From Eledone cirrhosa (Eukaryota): DNA of 64,000 bases. The position numbers and the translations under genes are program-made. The stretch's first letter is position 1. Each line of letters starts with the position of its first letter. The notes beneath the pieces are model-generated. The model saw only the letters and a list, made by a program, of their open reading frames with translations, searched no databases and had not been told where the DNA came from. This document shows, piece by piece, positions 9,508-22,080 of the stretch. The stretch covers positions 376,836,001-376,900,000 of the forward strand of contig OZ024740.1 of the NCBI GenBank assembly GCA_964016885.1. The letters are read 5' to 3'.

Positions 9508-12500
9508 CTACAGGCTGATATAGAGAGAAGGCCCATTTACTCGGGCCATTCTCGCCACTTTCACCCACCTTTCATAAAACTTGCTGGGGTACAGCACCTC
9601 TCTCTCCATCCTGATTCTTCTTCCAAAGTGGTATTTTAAAAAAAGAATAAGTTGTTGGCCGGAGAGAAAGGTGTCTGACCTCAGCCCTTTCATCCTTGTC
9701 CACCATACAACCGCTTTCGCCATAGCTATCACACAAAGGAAAACCGCCTCTCCTTCGTTTTTGAAGGAGGGTGGCGGTTTGATCATGACAATGGACGCGG
9801 TGGTCAACCGGATTGGTCCTACCCGCGACAATAGTCGTTCTACATAGCCCCACAGGTCAGTGACGCCCGGGCAGTGTATGAATGCGTGCGCGACGGTTTC
9901 TTCGTTACGCACGCACCTCGGACAGATCTTTGTTGCAGGGTCCCTGCCCGGGCGCCCATGTCTGTAGAGCTTGTCTCGAACTGGTAGAGCTCCTCGGTAG
10001 CACTGCCAGGCCAGGGACTTTTGGAAGTTGTCCATCGGTCCCGGGCGGAAGGTCCTACCGAACAGACTGGCCAGTTCATTTTCCTCTACGCCTAGAGTTT
10101 CACCGAGCGAGTCGTTGCACTTGCTGCGGATCAACCCTCTATAGAATGACGAAGTGGAGTCTCCACTGATCGCCGGGTCCGCCTGCCAGAGCGCTGTGAG
10201 CGCCTGAGCACATTCGATGTGCCAGTCGCCCATTTTCCTCGGTCTTTGCTTGATCCAGGACTGCAGCTCGGCCAGCGAGACGAGTCGTGGGAAGGCTCGC
10301 CTCACGAACGGGGCCCACACCGGTTGTCCGGTGAGGAATACGTAAAGATGCCGCAGTCTGAGCGCGTGTTTGCGCATTGTCAACCACGGCACCCCCAGCC
10401 CTCCGTTAGAAGGGTGTTGGCAGCAGATGGATCTTCTCACCAAAGGAGCATGCCTCTTCCAAAGGAATTGGAAGAGCGCGCGCTCCATATTGGCGAGCGT
10501 TTTGGCTGGATAAGGCACGACGGTCAAGCGGTAGTAGAGGGCGGACGCTATAAAAGTGTTCGCCACCTCCGCTCGACCTTTCAGGGATAGTTTGCACTCG
10601 GCCCACTTCTGGGTGATTGCAAACACCTTGGCCGTCACTTCGTTCCAGTTCTTCTCCACCTGGAGGTCCGGACAAAACCAGTCCCCGAGCAGCTTTACCG
10701 GTCGTTCCGTCCAGCGTCCGACAACGCCATCGGAAGGCATCGGTTTGCCTCTCCACGATCCGAGTTGCAAACCGATGGACTTGTCCCGGTTCAGCTTCGC
10801 TCCTGTGAAACTTTCGTATTCCTTCAGTAAGGTGCCGACGTCCTCGATTTGCGAGGCGTTCGACACCATTACTGTCACGTCGTCGGCGTAGGCCGACGCC
10901 GCTTTCTGCAGTCCCGGTTCCAGAGGGATGCCCTGCAATAGCTCCCACTTCCGAAGTAGTGGCTCGAGAGTCATTAAGTACAGAAGGGAGGAGAGAGGGC
11001 ATCCCTGTCGAATGGATCGCGTAATATGGAACGGCTCCGAGAGGTAGCCGTTCACCTTGACCCTTGAGCAGATGTTGCTGTTGTGCATTGCAGCAATCCA
11101 GCCCCTGAACACTGGTCCGAAGCCTGCCGCCTCGAGCACCGCATCCAGGTAACGATGGTCAACCCTATCGAAAGCCTTAGACTGATCCAAGTTGATCAGG
11201 GCACCACCGAAGCCGGGTTTACACCCTACCCTCTCTATGATGTATCACATGAGGTGGAGGTAGTCGTGTATGGACCTGATCGGGATTGCGCATGTCTGCG
11301 CTTCTCCCACCAGGTTCTCGACGACAAGCGCCAGCCTCTTTGCCAACAGCTTGGCCAAAATCTGTAACTCTGTGTTTAGAAGAGTTATGGGCTGGAAGTT
11401 GCCTATGTCATCCCCCTTATTCTCGTCCTTCCTGACTAGTGTGACTACGCCCCCGGTTACAGAACTGGGAATTCTCCCGTTCTGTAGCCAGTTGCAGTAG
11501 ACCGCTTCCAGGAGACCGGAGAATAAATCCGGCATTGCTATGTAAAATTCGTAGGGTAGACCGTCGAGACCTGGAGATTTGCGTTTGCCGCATTGGCTCA
11601 GCGCGTCCCCTATCTCAGCGGCTGAAATCGGCATTTCGCAGAACTTTGCCTCGCTGTCCGAGAGTCGCGGTAGGCCGTCGAGGTATGGACCGAAATCCAT
11701 AGCCCCTCCGGCGCGCGGCCCTGCCCGGACAGTTGAGCAAAGTGCCGCTGAAAGGCCGCACACATCTGCTTCGGCTCACGTATCACGCGTCCGTTTTGGT
11801 CCTTCAAAGACCGAATCGTGGACTTGTTGCTACTTTTTGCCTCCGTCACTCGGGCCCAGCTAACAGCTTTGGCTCCCTCGTTTCCCAGAGCACGTATTTT
11901 GCTTCTGACAACGCAGCCCTCGTGCTTTGCGTCGAAGAACTGGTCCAAGGCCGTTCTCGTTGCTAGCACGCTGGCTACGTTGCCACTTCTAATTGCCTCT
12001 TCTACTTTATCTACTAGTTCCTTCTCGGTTCTATTTCTATCTAACGCTAATTCTTTACTAAAAACTAACGAGTCTAATCTAACTGCCCTCTTGAGAGAGT
12101 ACCACCAGCTGTTGTTGACAATGGCCCCTGTCAAGTGTTGTTTAACTAAAGTGCTAATCCGTCTACTGTAGGCTTTGCTTGTCGGTAACGACAAGTTCAG
12201 CTTCCAGTAGCCGGGTCCCTGTCTATGGGTTCTATCAAGGTTGGCCATGCAGGTCACTAGTTTGTGATCTGAATAGGCAACCATGAACATTTGTGGACAG
12301 CTTAACATGTCCCTATCCTTATTTCTAACTAGAACCCTATCTAGGTACGATCTAGATGTTCCGCTACCATTAGTCCACGTCCACAGTAGCACAGTCGAAA
12401 TATCTAGTCGATATCTATCGGCCAGGTCAAATCGGTCGATTAACTGTTTGAGGCTGTTACACCCCGCCCCCCTTTTTCGGGACATGCTCCCACATAGTCC

Positions 12501-12927
12501 CAACGTGCATCTAGGATTCCATTCCAGTCCCCACTAAAAGCAAGGAGCGCGACGTTCCCAAAAAAGTCTCTAGATGTTTGAAGAAGTCTGGCCGTGGTGT
12601 CCCGGATGGGGCATATGCAACCACCAGCCTGAAGGCTCCACCTTCACTACCGTCAACGTCTAGGACCACCAGTCGACCCTCCGGGTCCAGATGTAACGTC
12701 TGTGTTACGAGGCCCAGGTGTTTCCGCAGTAAAACGGCAACTCCGCCCCCACCCCCCGGTTGACAGAGAGATGCGTAGATCTTAAAGTCATCGAAGATGT
12801 GGATCCTGGACTCGCAAATAGCTACCACATCCATACTGTGCGACCTGAGGTCGTTTAAGAGTTTGCCCTGTTTCCAGGGCATCCCCAGGCCGCGTACGTT
12901 CACACATCCAACTCTTATATTGGCCAT
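9508..12927 (-). pseudogene. Tx1 ORF2 (APE endonuclease + reverse transcriptase + zinc finger), frameshifted
   Basis: Fragments: NVRGL, SYLDR, SDHK, GYWKLN (APE); KSPGLDGLPYEFY, PITLLNTE, DQSKAFDRVDH, RQGCPLS, YADD (RT); CPRC..ET..H...HC. Confidence 0.93.
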
Positions 12928-14873
12928 ATTGGTGCTGAAAAGTTAAAAGAGGAAAAGAGATCACTCATCCTTCGTCTCCTGGGGACCAGGCTGCACGATT
13001 TCCATGGGGGTGTTGGAGGGGTTGGAGGGGTGGGTGGTGGTTTCCGGTGGGGTGGGGACGGAGATGGTTGGTGGGGTGGGGTCTGGTGGGATGGGGGTGT
13101 ATGGGGTGGGGAGACATTTGAGAAGGACTCGGTTAAGTGGTTCACGCAGGAATTCCCCACATCCTTTTCAAAGGTTTCTTTTAGGGACCTATAAGTTTGT
13201 ATAGGGACCCTAATCAGTTTTAGGTTCAGTTTTTTGTTATTTTTAATGGAGTGGGCGAAAGTTTTCCCTTCGGTGAAAACCGAAGGGTCGTTCGTGATGG
13301 ACTCCAATAGTGTTTTGTTTTCAGTGTTTATGTAAGTGTAATTTTCTTGTGTTGTGTTTGTTTTCGTCTGTAGTTCTTGTGTGTGCTTTCGTTTTGTTGT
13401 AGGTATTTTGTTTTCAGGAGGTGGGGGTTTTGTTTGTGATGTTTTTGTTGTTTGTGTTGGTGGTTGTATGTTTGTGGTAGTGTTTGCTGTTTTTTTGCTT
13501 TTGTGATGTCTTTTCTTTCTTTTCGAGCGATGGGGTTCTCCCTCGTCTTCACTGGGTGATGGCGAGATAGCCTCATCTGTTGTATCGTCTGTGTGATTGG
13601 GGAGGGGTATGTCTTGGGGAGCTGTTGTATCTGTATGTGATTTTGCAGTGGTTTTAGGTGGAGTGGGGTTGTGTGGGACTGTGTTTGTTGTGGTTATTTT
13701 TGTGTGTTGGTGTTGTTGTTGTTGTGGTGGTGTTGGTGGTTGTGTTGTTTTGATGGGTGTCGGCAGACGAGCCTTTTTTTTAATCATTAATTTAGGACAG
13801 GAAGCCCTCAGGTGACCCCTGCTAAAGCAATGGTAACATGAAGGCCGCCTTCCCTCAACCGAAAAGTTTATGTAGGTGAGTCCGTCCAGGAGTACACGTT
13901 GTGGGATCATAGCTATTCGCCCTGGGCTCATTTGCACCAGAACTTCAATGCTAGTCCCATAGAATACATCTCTGGGGGACTTTCCTACTGACAGTATTCT
14001 GTCTTCATCAAAATTGATGAAGCCGCGCAGTATCCACCATATGTTCACCTTTGGTGTGACACTCGTGATTTTAATCTTTTGTGTCCTTTTTCCCATGTAT
14101 GTAGGGAAAAATGTGTACAGGTTGGATACAATTGGCGACACAGAGTAATTTTGGGCCGTCAATTGATCCTTCATGAGTACCGAAATACTCCCAAAAAGTT
14201 TGCTTCTTTGAATGAATGCAATATCATTCATTGAATTTTTGTAAACCAGTTCAATTTCTTTCTGTGACAATTGGACTGGTTTTGGGGTAGAATTGGAAAC
14301 TGTCCTAAAAACTATCGTTTTGAGAGCAGTTTCCTTGCGAATTTCTACCGGAGAATTGATGCTGAAAGCACCATTTTTTTCGAAAGTGACATATCTCCTA
14401 GCGTCCTTTAAAAGTTGTTCGGCATTTGTTATGACGAGATATGTTAGTTCCTCCTTTTTCTGAGCTGTATGTGCAAAGGAGATTTTTGGTTTCTTTGTGG
14501 AATTATCCGTGTTGGTGGTGTTGTCATTATTGTTGTTATTGTTGTTGTCACTGATGTTGATATTATTCGTATTTTCCTTGGTGTTGGTGTTGGTGTTGTT
14601 GTTGTCTTTGATGCTGGTGTTATTGGTGTTGTCTTTATTTTTTTCTTTGTTGTTGTTGTCATTGTTGTTTTTATCATCATTATTGGTGTTGTTGTTATTT
14701 TTGTTGTCATTGAACTGTTTGGTGTCATTTGTGTTGTTTGGATATGAATTTGTTTTTACATTTTCATTTCGTCTTTCCATCTCCAAAGTATCTAGGGAAG
14801 AAGACGATGTTGACTGCGAGCTATGTAGTCTTACCGACTCTCCACCATCATTATCGTTGAACGCAGCGTTCAT
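12915..14873 (-). CDS. Tx1 ORF1 gag-like nucleic-acid-binding protein (Asn-rich N-terminus, CCHC zinc knuckle, Pro/Thr-rich tail); C-terminus probably frameshifted
   Basis: Open frame 12915-15038 containing SVEGRRPSCYHCFSRGHLRASC; first plausible ATG at 14873; homologous to 21277-22050 and 51554-52840. Confidence 0.8.
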   Translation of the reverse strand: MNAAFNDNDGGESVRLHSSQSTSSSSLDTLEMERRNENVKTNSYPNNTNDTKQFNDNKNNNNTNNDDKNNNDNNNKEKNKDNTNNTSIKDNNNTNTNTKENTNNINISDNNNNNNNDNTTNTDNSTKKPKISFAHTAQKKEELTYLVITNAEQLLKDARRYVTFEKNGAFSINSPVEIRKETALKTIVFRTVSNSTPKPVQLSQKEIELVYKNSMNDIAFIQRSKLFGSISVLMKDQLTAQNYSVSPIVSNLYTFFPTYMGKRTQKIKITSVTPKVNIWWILRGFINFDEDRILSVGKSPRDVFYGTSIEVLVQMSPGRIAMIPQRVLLDGLTYINFSVEGRRPSCYHCFSRGHLRASCPKLMIKKKARLPTPIKTTQPPTPPQQQQHQHTKITTTNTVPHNPTPPKTTAKSHTDTTAPQDIPLPNHTDDTTDEAISPSPSEDEGEPHRSKRKKRHHKSKKTANTTTNIQPPTQTTKTSQTKPPPPENKIPTTKRKHTQELQTKTNTTQENYTYINTENKTLLESITNDPSVFTEGKTFAHSIKNNKKLNLKLIRVPIQTYRSLKETFEKDVGNSCVNHLTESFSNVSPPHTPPSHQTPPHQPSPSPPHRKPPPTPPTPPTPPWKSCSLVPRRRRMSDLFSSFNFSAPIWPI

Positions 14874-15109
14874 AACGTAATCAAACTTCTTACCATAATT
14901 TTTCCAAAATTCGATGGAGAAAAAATTTTCAAACGAATATTTCGCCCCTGTAGGGGCGAAAATGAGTTGACCCACCACCTGAAGGACCAGACGGGGGGTC
15001 AAGTTACACAATAATATAAAATTTAACTGAAAACTCACGTTTTTTTCTTACATAAATTAACGGAAACTTCTCTGCGACGTTACAGATGTCTGGTAGAGAG
15101 ATAGATATA

Positions 15110-16110
15110 TTTCTTTTATTTGCCACTAGGGCATCAAAAGTGGGACAAGTACAAAGGGGGGAGTTTACACAAAAAGGCGTCCTCAATAAGGAGGAGGCAA
15201 TAACAAAATATAAAAATAAAATAAGATATAACAAAAAATAAAATTTTTAACAAAATCCTCAATAGAGAGGAGGCGCCTTGGGGGGTCGCACACACCCCCG
15301 AAAAAAGTGTGCAACCCTACTCCTCAGGAGCACAGAGAAGGGGTGCTCCCTTGGTCTTTCATCTTCCTCACCTATAGTCTGATGTAGAGTGAAGGCCCAT
15401 TCACACGGGCCATTCTCGCCACTTTCACCCATCTTTCATAGAAACGGCTGGGGTGCAGCACCTCTCTCTCCATCCTGATCCTTCTTCCGAAATGATATCG
15501 GAAGAAACGGACCAGTTGTTGGCCAGAGAGAAAGGTGCCCGACCTCAGTCCTTTCAGACGCGTCCACCATACAACCTCTTTCGCCATGGCTATTACGCAC
15601 AGAAACACCGCCTCTGCTTCATCTTTGAAGGGGGGAGGCGGCTTGATCATTACAATAGACTCGGTGGTCAACCGGATCGGTCCCACCCTTGACAGCAGTT
15701 GTTCGACATAGCCCCACAGATCGGCTACGCCCGAGCAGTGTACCAATGCGTGTGCAACGGTTTCCTCGTCGCACACGCATCTGGGACAGATCTTTTTGGC
15801 GGGGTCCCTACCCGGGCGCCCGTGTCTGTAGAGCCTTTCTCGAACGGGTAAAGCCCCTCGGTAGCACTGCCAGGCCAGGGACTTCTGGAAGTTGTCCATA
15901 GGTCCCGGGCTGAATGTCCTACCGAACAGGCTGGCCAGTTCGTCCTCCTCCATGTCTAGGGCTTCTCCGAGGGCGTCGTCGCACCTGCTGCGTACCAGCC
16001 CTCTATAGAATGTTGCGGTGGAGTCTCCACTGATAACCGGATCCGCCTGCCAGAGGGCGGTGAGCGCCTGGGCACACTCAGTGTGCCAGGCGCCCAGTTT
16101 TCTGGTAGAG
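15110..16110 (-). mobile_element. Tx1-like copy B' (3' ~1 kb of ORF2 + 3'UTR)
   Basis: Nearly identical to 16501-17495; ends in AATAAAAGAAA; flanked by GATA repeats. Confidence 0.9.
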
Positions 16111-16163
<53 letters not shown>

Positions 16164-16164
<1 letters not shown>

Positions 16165-16410
16165 ATTTCTTTATTTGTCTCAGGGGCGTACAAAAATGGG
16201 ACATTACAAGACGTGACGGCGGGGGTTTTACATAAAATATTTAACAATAATAGATAAGAATAAAATATATACAAAATAAAACAATCGAAATATCCAATAG
16301 GGGGAGGGGGCGTCACTGCGGGGTTGTTTTACACCCCGTGGATAGAACAACCCTCATCACAAGGAAAATGTTGTGTAGATGTTCCCGTCTTCCTCAACCT
16401 ACAGGTTTAT
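16164..16410 (-). mobile_element. Tx1-like 3'UTR-only copy of a different subfamily
   Basis: Begins at ORF2 stop context (AACCTGTAGGTTGAGGA, as at 9500-9515), carries CCCCCTATTGGA motif and terminal AATAAAGAAA, between two (GATA)n tracts. Confidence 0.75.
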
Positions 16411-16450
16411 AGATATATAGATAGACAGAACGATAGTTAGATATGTAAAC

Positions 16451-16500
<50 letters not shown>

Positions 16501-16502
<2 letters not shown>

Positions 16503-18145
16503 TTCTTTTATTTGCCACTAGGGCATCAAAAGTGGGACAAGTACAAAGGGGGGAGTTTACACAAAAAGGCGTCCTCAATAAGGAGAAGGCAATAACAAAA
16601 TATAAAAATAAAATAAGATATAACAAAAAATAAAATTTTTAACAAAATCCTCAATAGAGAGGAGGCGCCTTGGGGGGTCGCACACACCCCCGAAAAAAGT
16701 GTGCAACCCTTCTCCTCAGGAGCACAGAGAAGGGGTGCTCCCTTGGTCTTTCATCTTCCTCACCTATAGTCTGATGTAGAGTGAAGGCCCATTTACACGG
16801 GCCATTCTCGCCACTTTCACCCATCTTTCATAGAAACGGCTGGGGTGCAGCACCTCTCTCTCCATCCTGATCCTTCTTCCGAAATGATATCGGAAGAAAC
16901 GGACCAGTTGTTGGCCAGAGAGAAAGGTGCCCGACCTCAGTCCTTTCAGACGCGTCCACCATACAACCTCTTTCGCCATGGCTATTACGCACAGAAACAC
17001 CGCCTCTGCTTCATCTTTGAAGGGGGGAGGCGGCTTGATCATTACAATAGACTCGGTGGTCAACCGGATCGGTCCCACCCTTGACAGCAGTTGTTCGACA
17101 TAGCCCCACAGATCGGCTACGCCCGAGCAGTGTACTAATGCGTGTGCAACGGTTTCCTCGTCGCACACGCATCTGGGACAGATCTTTTTGGCGGGGTCCC
17201 TACCCGGGCGCCCGTGTCTGTAGAGCCTTTCTCGAACGGGTAAAGCCCCTCGGTAGCACTGCCAAGCCAGGGACTTCTGGAAGTTGTCCATAGGTCCCGG
17301 GCTGAATGTCCTACCGAACAGGCTGGCCAGTTCGTCCTCCTCCATGTCTAGGGCTTCTCCGAGGGCGTCGTCGCACCTGCTGCGTACCAGCCCTTTATAG
17401 AATGTTGCGGTGGAGTCTCCACTGATAACCGGATCCGCCTGCCAGAGGGCGGTGAGCGCCTGGGCACACTCAGTGTGCCAGGCGCCCAGTTTTCTCGGTC
17501 TTTGCTTGACCCAGGATTGCAGCTCGGTGAGTGAGACGAGTCTGGGAAAGGTTCGCCTCACAAACGAGGCCCACACCGGTTGTCCGGTGAGGAATACGTA
17601 GAGGTGCCGTAGCCTTAATGCGTGTTTACGCATCATTAGCCACGGCATCCCCAGCCCTCCTTTCGAAGGGTGTTGACAGCAGATGGATCTCCTCACCATA
17701 GGAGCCCGCCTCTTCCAAAGGAATTGGAAGAGCGCGCGCTCCATCTTGGTGAGGGTTTCCCTTGGGCAGGGCACTACGGTCAGGCGGTAGTAGATGACGG
17801 ACGCTATATAAGTGTTCGCCACCTCCGCCCGACCTTTCAGGGATAGTTTGCAACTGGCCCACTTCTGGGTCAGTGCAAACACCCTGTTCGTAACCTCCGC
17901 CCAGTTTTTCTCCACCTGGAGGTCCGGTCCGAACCAGACCCCGAGCAACTTCACCGGGCCCTCCGCCCAGCGTCCGACGACGCCATCAGAGGGCATCGGT
18001 CTGCCCCTCCACGTGCCGAGTTGCAAACCGATCGACTTGTCCCGGTTCAGCTTAGCCCCTGTGAACTTTTCGTACTCCTCCAGTAAGGTGCCGACCGCCT
18101 CGATTTCGGAGGCCGTCGACACCATTACTGTCACATCATCGGCGT
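16501..18145 (-). mobile_element. Tx1-like copy B, 5'-truncated at the YADD motif
   Basis: Open ORF2 C-terminal half (ADDVTV...CPRC...RVNGPSLYIRL) and 3'UTR ending at (GATA)n. Confidence 0.9.
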
Positions 18146-21100
18146 TGTCCATAGGTTCCGGGCGGAAATTCCTACCAAACAGACTGGTGAGCTCATCGTC
18201 TTCGACGCCCAGAGTCTCTCCGAGCACGTCGTCGCCCTTTTAACGTACAATCCCTCTATAAAATGTCGAAGTGGAGTCTCCACTGATTGCTTTGCCCGGT
18301 TGCCAGAAGACTATGAGCGCCTGAGCGCATTCTATGTGCAAAGTGCCCATCGTTTTCGGTCTTCTCTTGACCCAGGACTGCAGCTCCGTCAGCGAGACCA
18401 GCTGCAGGAAGGCCTGTCTCACAAACGGTGCCCACACCAGTTGGGGTCGGTGAAGAATACCTGGAGATGCCGCAGCCTCAGCGCATGTTTGCGCATCATC
18501 AGCCACGGCATTCCCAGCCTTCCGTTGGAAGGGTGCTGACAGCAGACGGATCTCCTCACCAGCGGAGCCTGCTTCTCCAACAGAAACTGGAAGAGCATGC
18601 GATCCATCTTGGCGAGGTATTCACGGGGACAAGGCACGACAGTCAAGCGGTAGTAGATGACGGACGCTATGAAAGTGTTCGCCACCTCCGCTCGATCTTT
18701 CAAGGACAGTTTGCGCTCTGCCCACTTCTGGGTGAGCGGAAACACCTTGGCCGTGACCTCGTTCCAGTTTTTCTCCACCTGGAGGTCTGGACCGAACCAG
18801 ACCCCGACCAATTTCACCGTTCCGTCCGTCCAGCGTCCAGCGAAGCTGTCGGGCGTCATCGGTTTGCCTCTCCACGTACCGAGTTGCAAACCGACGGACT
18901 TGTCCGGGTTTAGTTTTGCTCCCGTCGGCGTTTCATATTCTTTCAGTAAGTTGCTGATCAACCCGATTTCCGAGGTGTTCGACACCATTACCCTCACGTC
19001 GTCGGCATAAGCAGACGCCGCTTGGCGCAGTCCCGGTTCTAGAGGGATGCCCTGCAACAGCTCCAATTTCCGCAGTAGTGGCTCTAGAGTCAATACATAC
19101 AGAATGGAGGAGAGAGGGTATCCCTGTCGAATGGAACGCGTGATTACGAACGGCTCCGATAGGTAGCGGTTCACCTTGACCCTCGAGCAGATGCTGGTGT
19201 GCATCGTCTCGATCCGTCCTCTGAAAACGGGACCGAAACAGGCCGCCTTGAGAACCGCTTCCAAGAAACGATGGTCGACCCTATCGAATGCCTTAGACTG
19301 ATCCAAATTGATCAGAGCCCCACCGAAGCCGGGTTTACAACCCACCCTCTCTATGATGTATCACATAAGGTGGAGGTTGTTGTGTATGGACCTGGGCTGA
19401 ATTGCACACGTTTGCGCTTTCCCTACCAGGTTCTCGACGACAAGCGTCAACTTCGTTGCTAGCACCTTGGCCAAAATCTTTAACTCTGTGTTGAGCAGAG
19501 TTATGGGCGTGAAGTTTTTAATTTCGTCCCCCTTGTCCTCGTCTTTCCTGATCAGGCCGTCGAGGTATGAACTAAAGTCCATTGCCCCGTTCGGCTCACC
19601 GTCGTTCTGCTCAAACAGTCGCGCAGAGTGCTGCTGAAAGGCCGCGCACAATTGCTTGGGGTCAAGTAGCACGCGTCCGTTTTGATCTTTCAAAGACCGA
19701 ATCGTGGACTTGTTGTCACTTTTTTCCTCCGCCACTCAGGACCAGCTGACAGCTTTCGCTCCTTCATTTCCTAGAGCACGTGTTTTGCTTCTGACCACGC
19801 AGCCTTCGTGTTTCGCATCGAAGAACTGGTCCAGTGCTCTTCTCGACGCTAACACTCTAGCCGCATTGCCACTTCTAAGTGCCTCCGCTACCGTGGCTAT
19901 TAGTTATCTTTCTAGTTTGTTTTTCTCTAAGGCTAACTCTCTGCTAAACCCTATCGATTCTATTCTAATTGCTTTCTTGAGAGAGTACCACCATTTATTG
20001 TTAACTGTTGCTTGACTAGTCTACTTATCTGTTCACTGTAAGCTTTACGTGCCGGCAACGTCACGTTCAGCTTCCAGTATCCGTGTCCTTGTTTATGTGT
20101 TCTATCGCGGTTTACTAAGCAGACGACTAATTTGTGATCTGAATAGGCAACCATGTGCATTCGTGGACAGCTTAACATCTTCTTGTCCATTTCTCTAATG
20201 AAGAACCTATCTAAATACGATCTAGATGTCCCGCTGCGGTTTGCCCACGTCCACTGTGGTGCAGTCGGGAAATCCAGTCGATACCTATCGGCCAGTTGGA
20301 ATTGGCCGATTAAAGTTTTGAGGCTGTTGCACCACGCTCTACTGGGACATGCTCCCACATAGTCCCATCGTGCATCTAGGATACCATTCCAGTCCCCCAC
20401 TAAAGATAAGGAGCGAAACGTTCCCAGAAAGGACTCTAGACTCTTAAAGAAGTCTGGCCGTGATTGCGATTGCCCGGTCTGGCATAAACGGCTACCAGTC
20501 TGAAGGCTCCACCTCCAATACTGTTCACGTCTAGGACTACCAGTCTACCCTCCGGGTCCAAGTGTACTTGCTGTACTTCGACGTCCAGGTTCTTCCGAAA
20601 CATTACAACCACTCCACCCCCACCTCCTGGCTGACAGAGAGATGCGTAGATCTCAAAGTCGTCGCGAGATGGGGGTTAGTTGCTGCCTGTTGTGGATCCT
20701 GGACTCGGTGATAGCTATCACATCCATACCGTGTGACCTAAGGCCGTTTTAAAAGTTGGCCCTGTTTCCAGGGCAACCCTAGGCCACGCACATTCTCGCT
20801 TCCAACTCGTAAACTAGTCATATTGGGGAAGAAGAGTCGGAGAAAAAGGGCGAAAGGTGTACTTACCTTTTCGTTTCCTGGAGATCGGGTTGTTCAATCT
20901 CCATTTGGTTGCTGGATGGGGTGTCGGGTGGGCTGGGGAAACATTTTAACAGGACGCGGTTGATGGGTTTCTGGCAGGGGTTGCCCACGTCCTGTGAAAA
21001 TTTATTTTTTAGGTCATTATAGGTTTCCATAGAAACCCTAATAAGTTTAAGGTGTGGAGACGATACTGCCTTAACGAAAGTTTTGCCCTACTTCTCCACC

Positions 21101-22080
21101 TTGGGATTTTGGAGGATGACCTCCATCAAATTCTTGTTTGTGTTGATGTATGCGTATTGTTGTTTGTCTTTTTGTTGTGTTGTTTTAGTTGGTTGTTCGT
21201 CCGGGAGTTTTCTTTTTATGGTGGGTGCTTGTGTTTGGGGTGGTGTTGGTGTTGGTTTTGCTGATAGGGGAATGTTTCACTGTGGTGTTGTTTGTGTCTG
21301 TGGTTGTGTGTTGGTGTTGGTGATTGGAGTTTTGGGGGTTTTGTGGTGTCTCTTTTTTGGTTTTTTCGATTTCCGCGGCTCTCCCTCTTCTTCACAAGAA
21401 GGAGAAGCAGCTTCATCCGTCGATGAATAATCATCGTCTCGTGTGTGGGGTAGGGGTATGTTGTGTGGTGGTGGTGTTTCGGTGTGTGTGTTTGTGGTAG
21501 TGTTTGATGGAGTGGGATGGGGTGGGGCTGTGTTCTTCAGGGGTGTTGTCTCTGTTTTTTCTGTTGTTGTTGGTTGAGTGTATGTTTGTTTTGGTGTGGT
21601 TGCTCGTTTCGTCTGTCGTTGTACTTGTGGTGGTGGTGGTTGTTTTGGTGTTGGTATTGGTAATAGTGTTTTTTTAATGATGTTGTTGTTGGGTGTTTGT
21701 GAAGGACAAGAGGCTTTTAGGTGTGCTGTGCTACCACAGCGAAAGCAATGAAATTTTCGTCCTTCTACTGAAATGTTTATTTTGTTGTTATCATCGATGA
21801 CGACTCTTTCGGGTATTTTGGAGATTCTCTCCGGCCTTATTTGCAACAGAATCTCCAAATCAGTACCCGCCCACCTTTGTCGAATAGACTTTCGTATCGA
21901 AAGAATCATATCAGTTTCTGGCTCTACGAAGCCAGCCAAGATCCACCAGATATTAATGTTTAGGGGTATATTTTTTTTAATTATTTTTTGTGTCCTTTTT
22001 CCCATGTATGTAGCGAAAAAGGTGAATGCTTTTGACACCATTGGAGTCACAGAATATTTTTGGGCGAGTGCCTCGCTTTA
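18146..22080 (-). mobile_element. Tx1-like copy C, degraded, truncated at both ends
   Basis: ORF1 fragment with CFRCGSTAHLKASC (21277-22050), APE (GDWN, SYLDR, SDHK) and RT (DQSKAFDRVDH, YADD) fragments, internal deletion near 19550. Confidence 0.9.

Larger units (their letters stand above)
9270..15098 (-). mobile_element. Near full-length Tx1-like (L1 clade) non-LTR retrotransposon, copy A
   Basis: 5'UTR, ORF1 with CCHC knuckle, ORF2 APE-RT-zinc finger, 3'UTR ending AATAAAGAAA then (TATC)n; 5' end also abuts TATC repeats. Confidence 0.92.

Noticed and set aside
9572-12763. Many overlapping antisense/alternate-frame ORFs (also within all other Tx1, R4 and Dong copies)
   Set aside because: Shadow ORFs of GC-rich retrotransposon coding sequence with no independent motifs
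15372-16316. 314-aa ORF as an intact gene
   Set aside because: Accidental read-through of a 3'UTR and (TATC)n into a Tx1 ORF2 fragment
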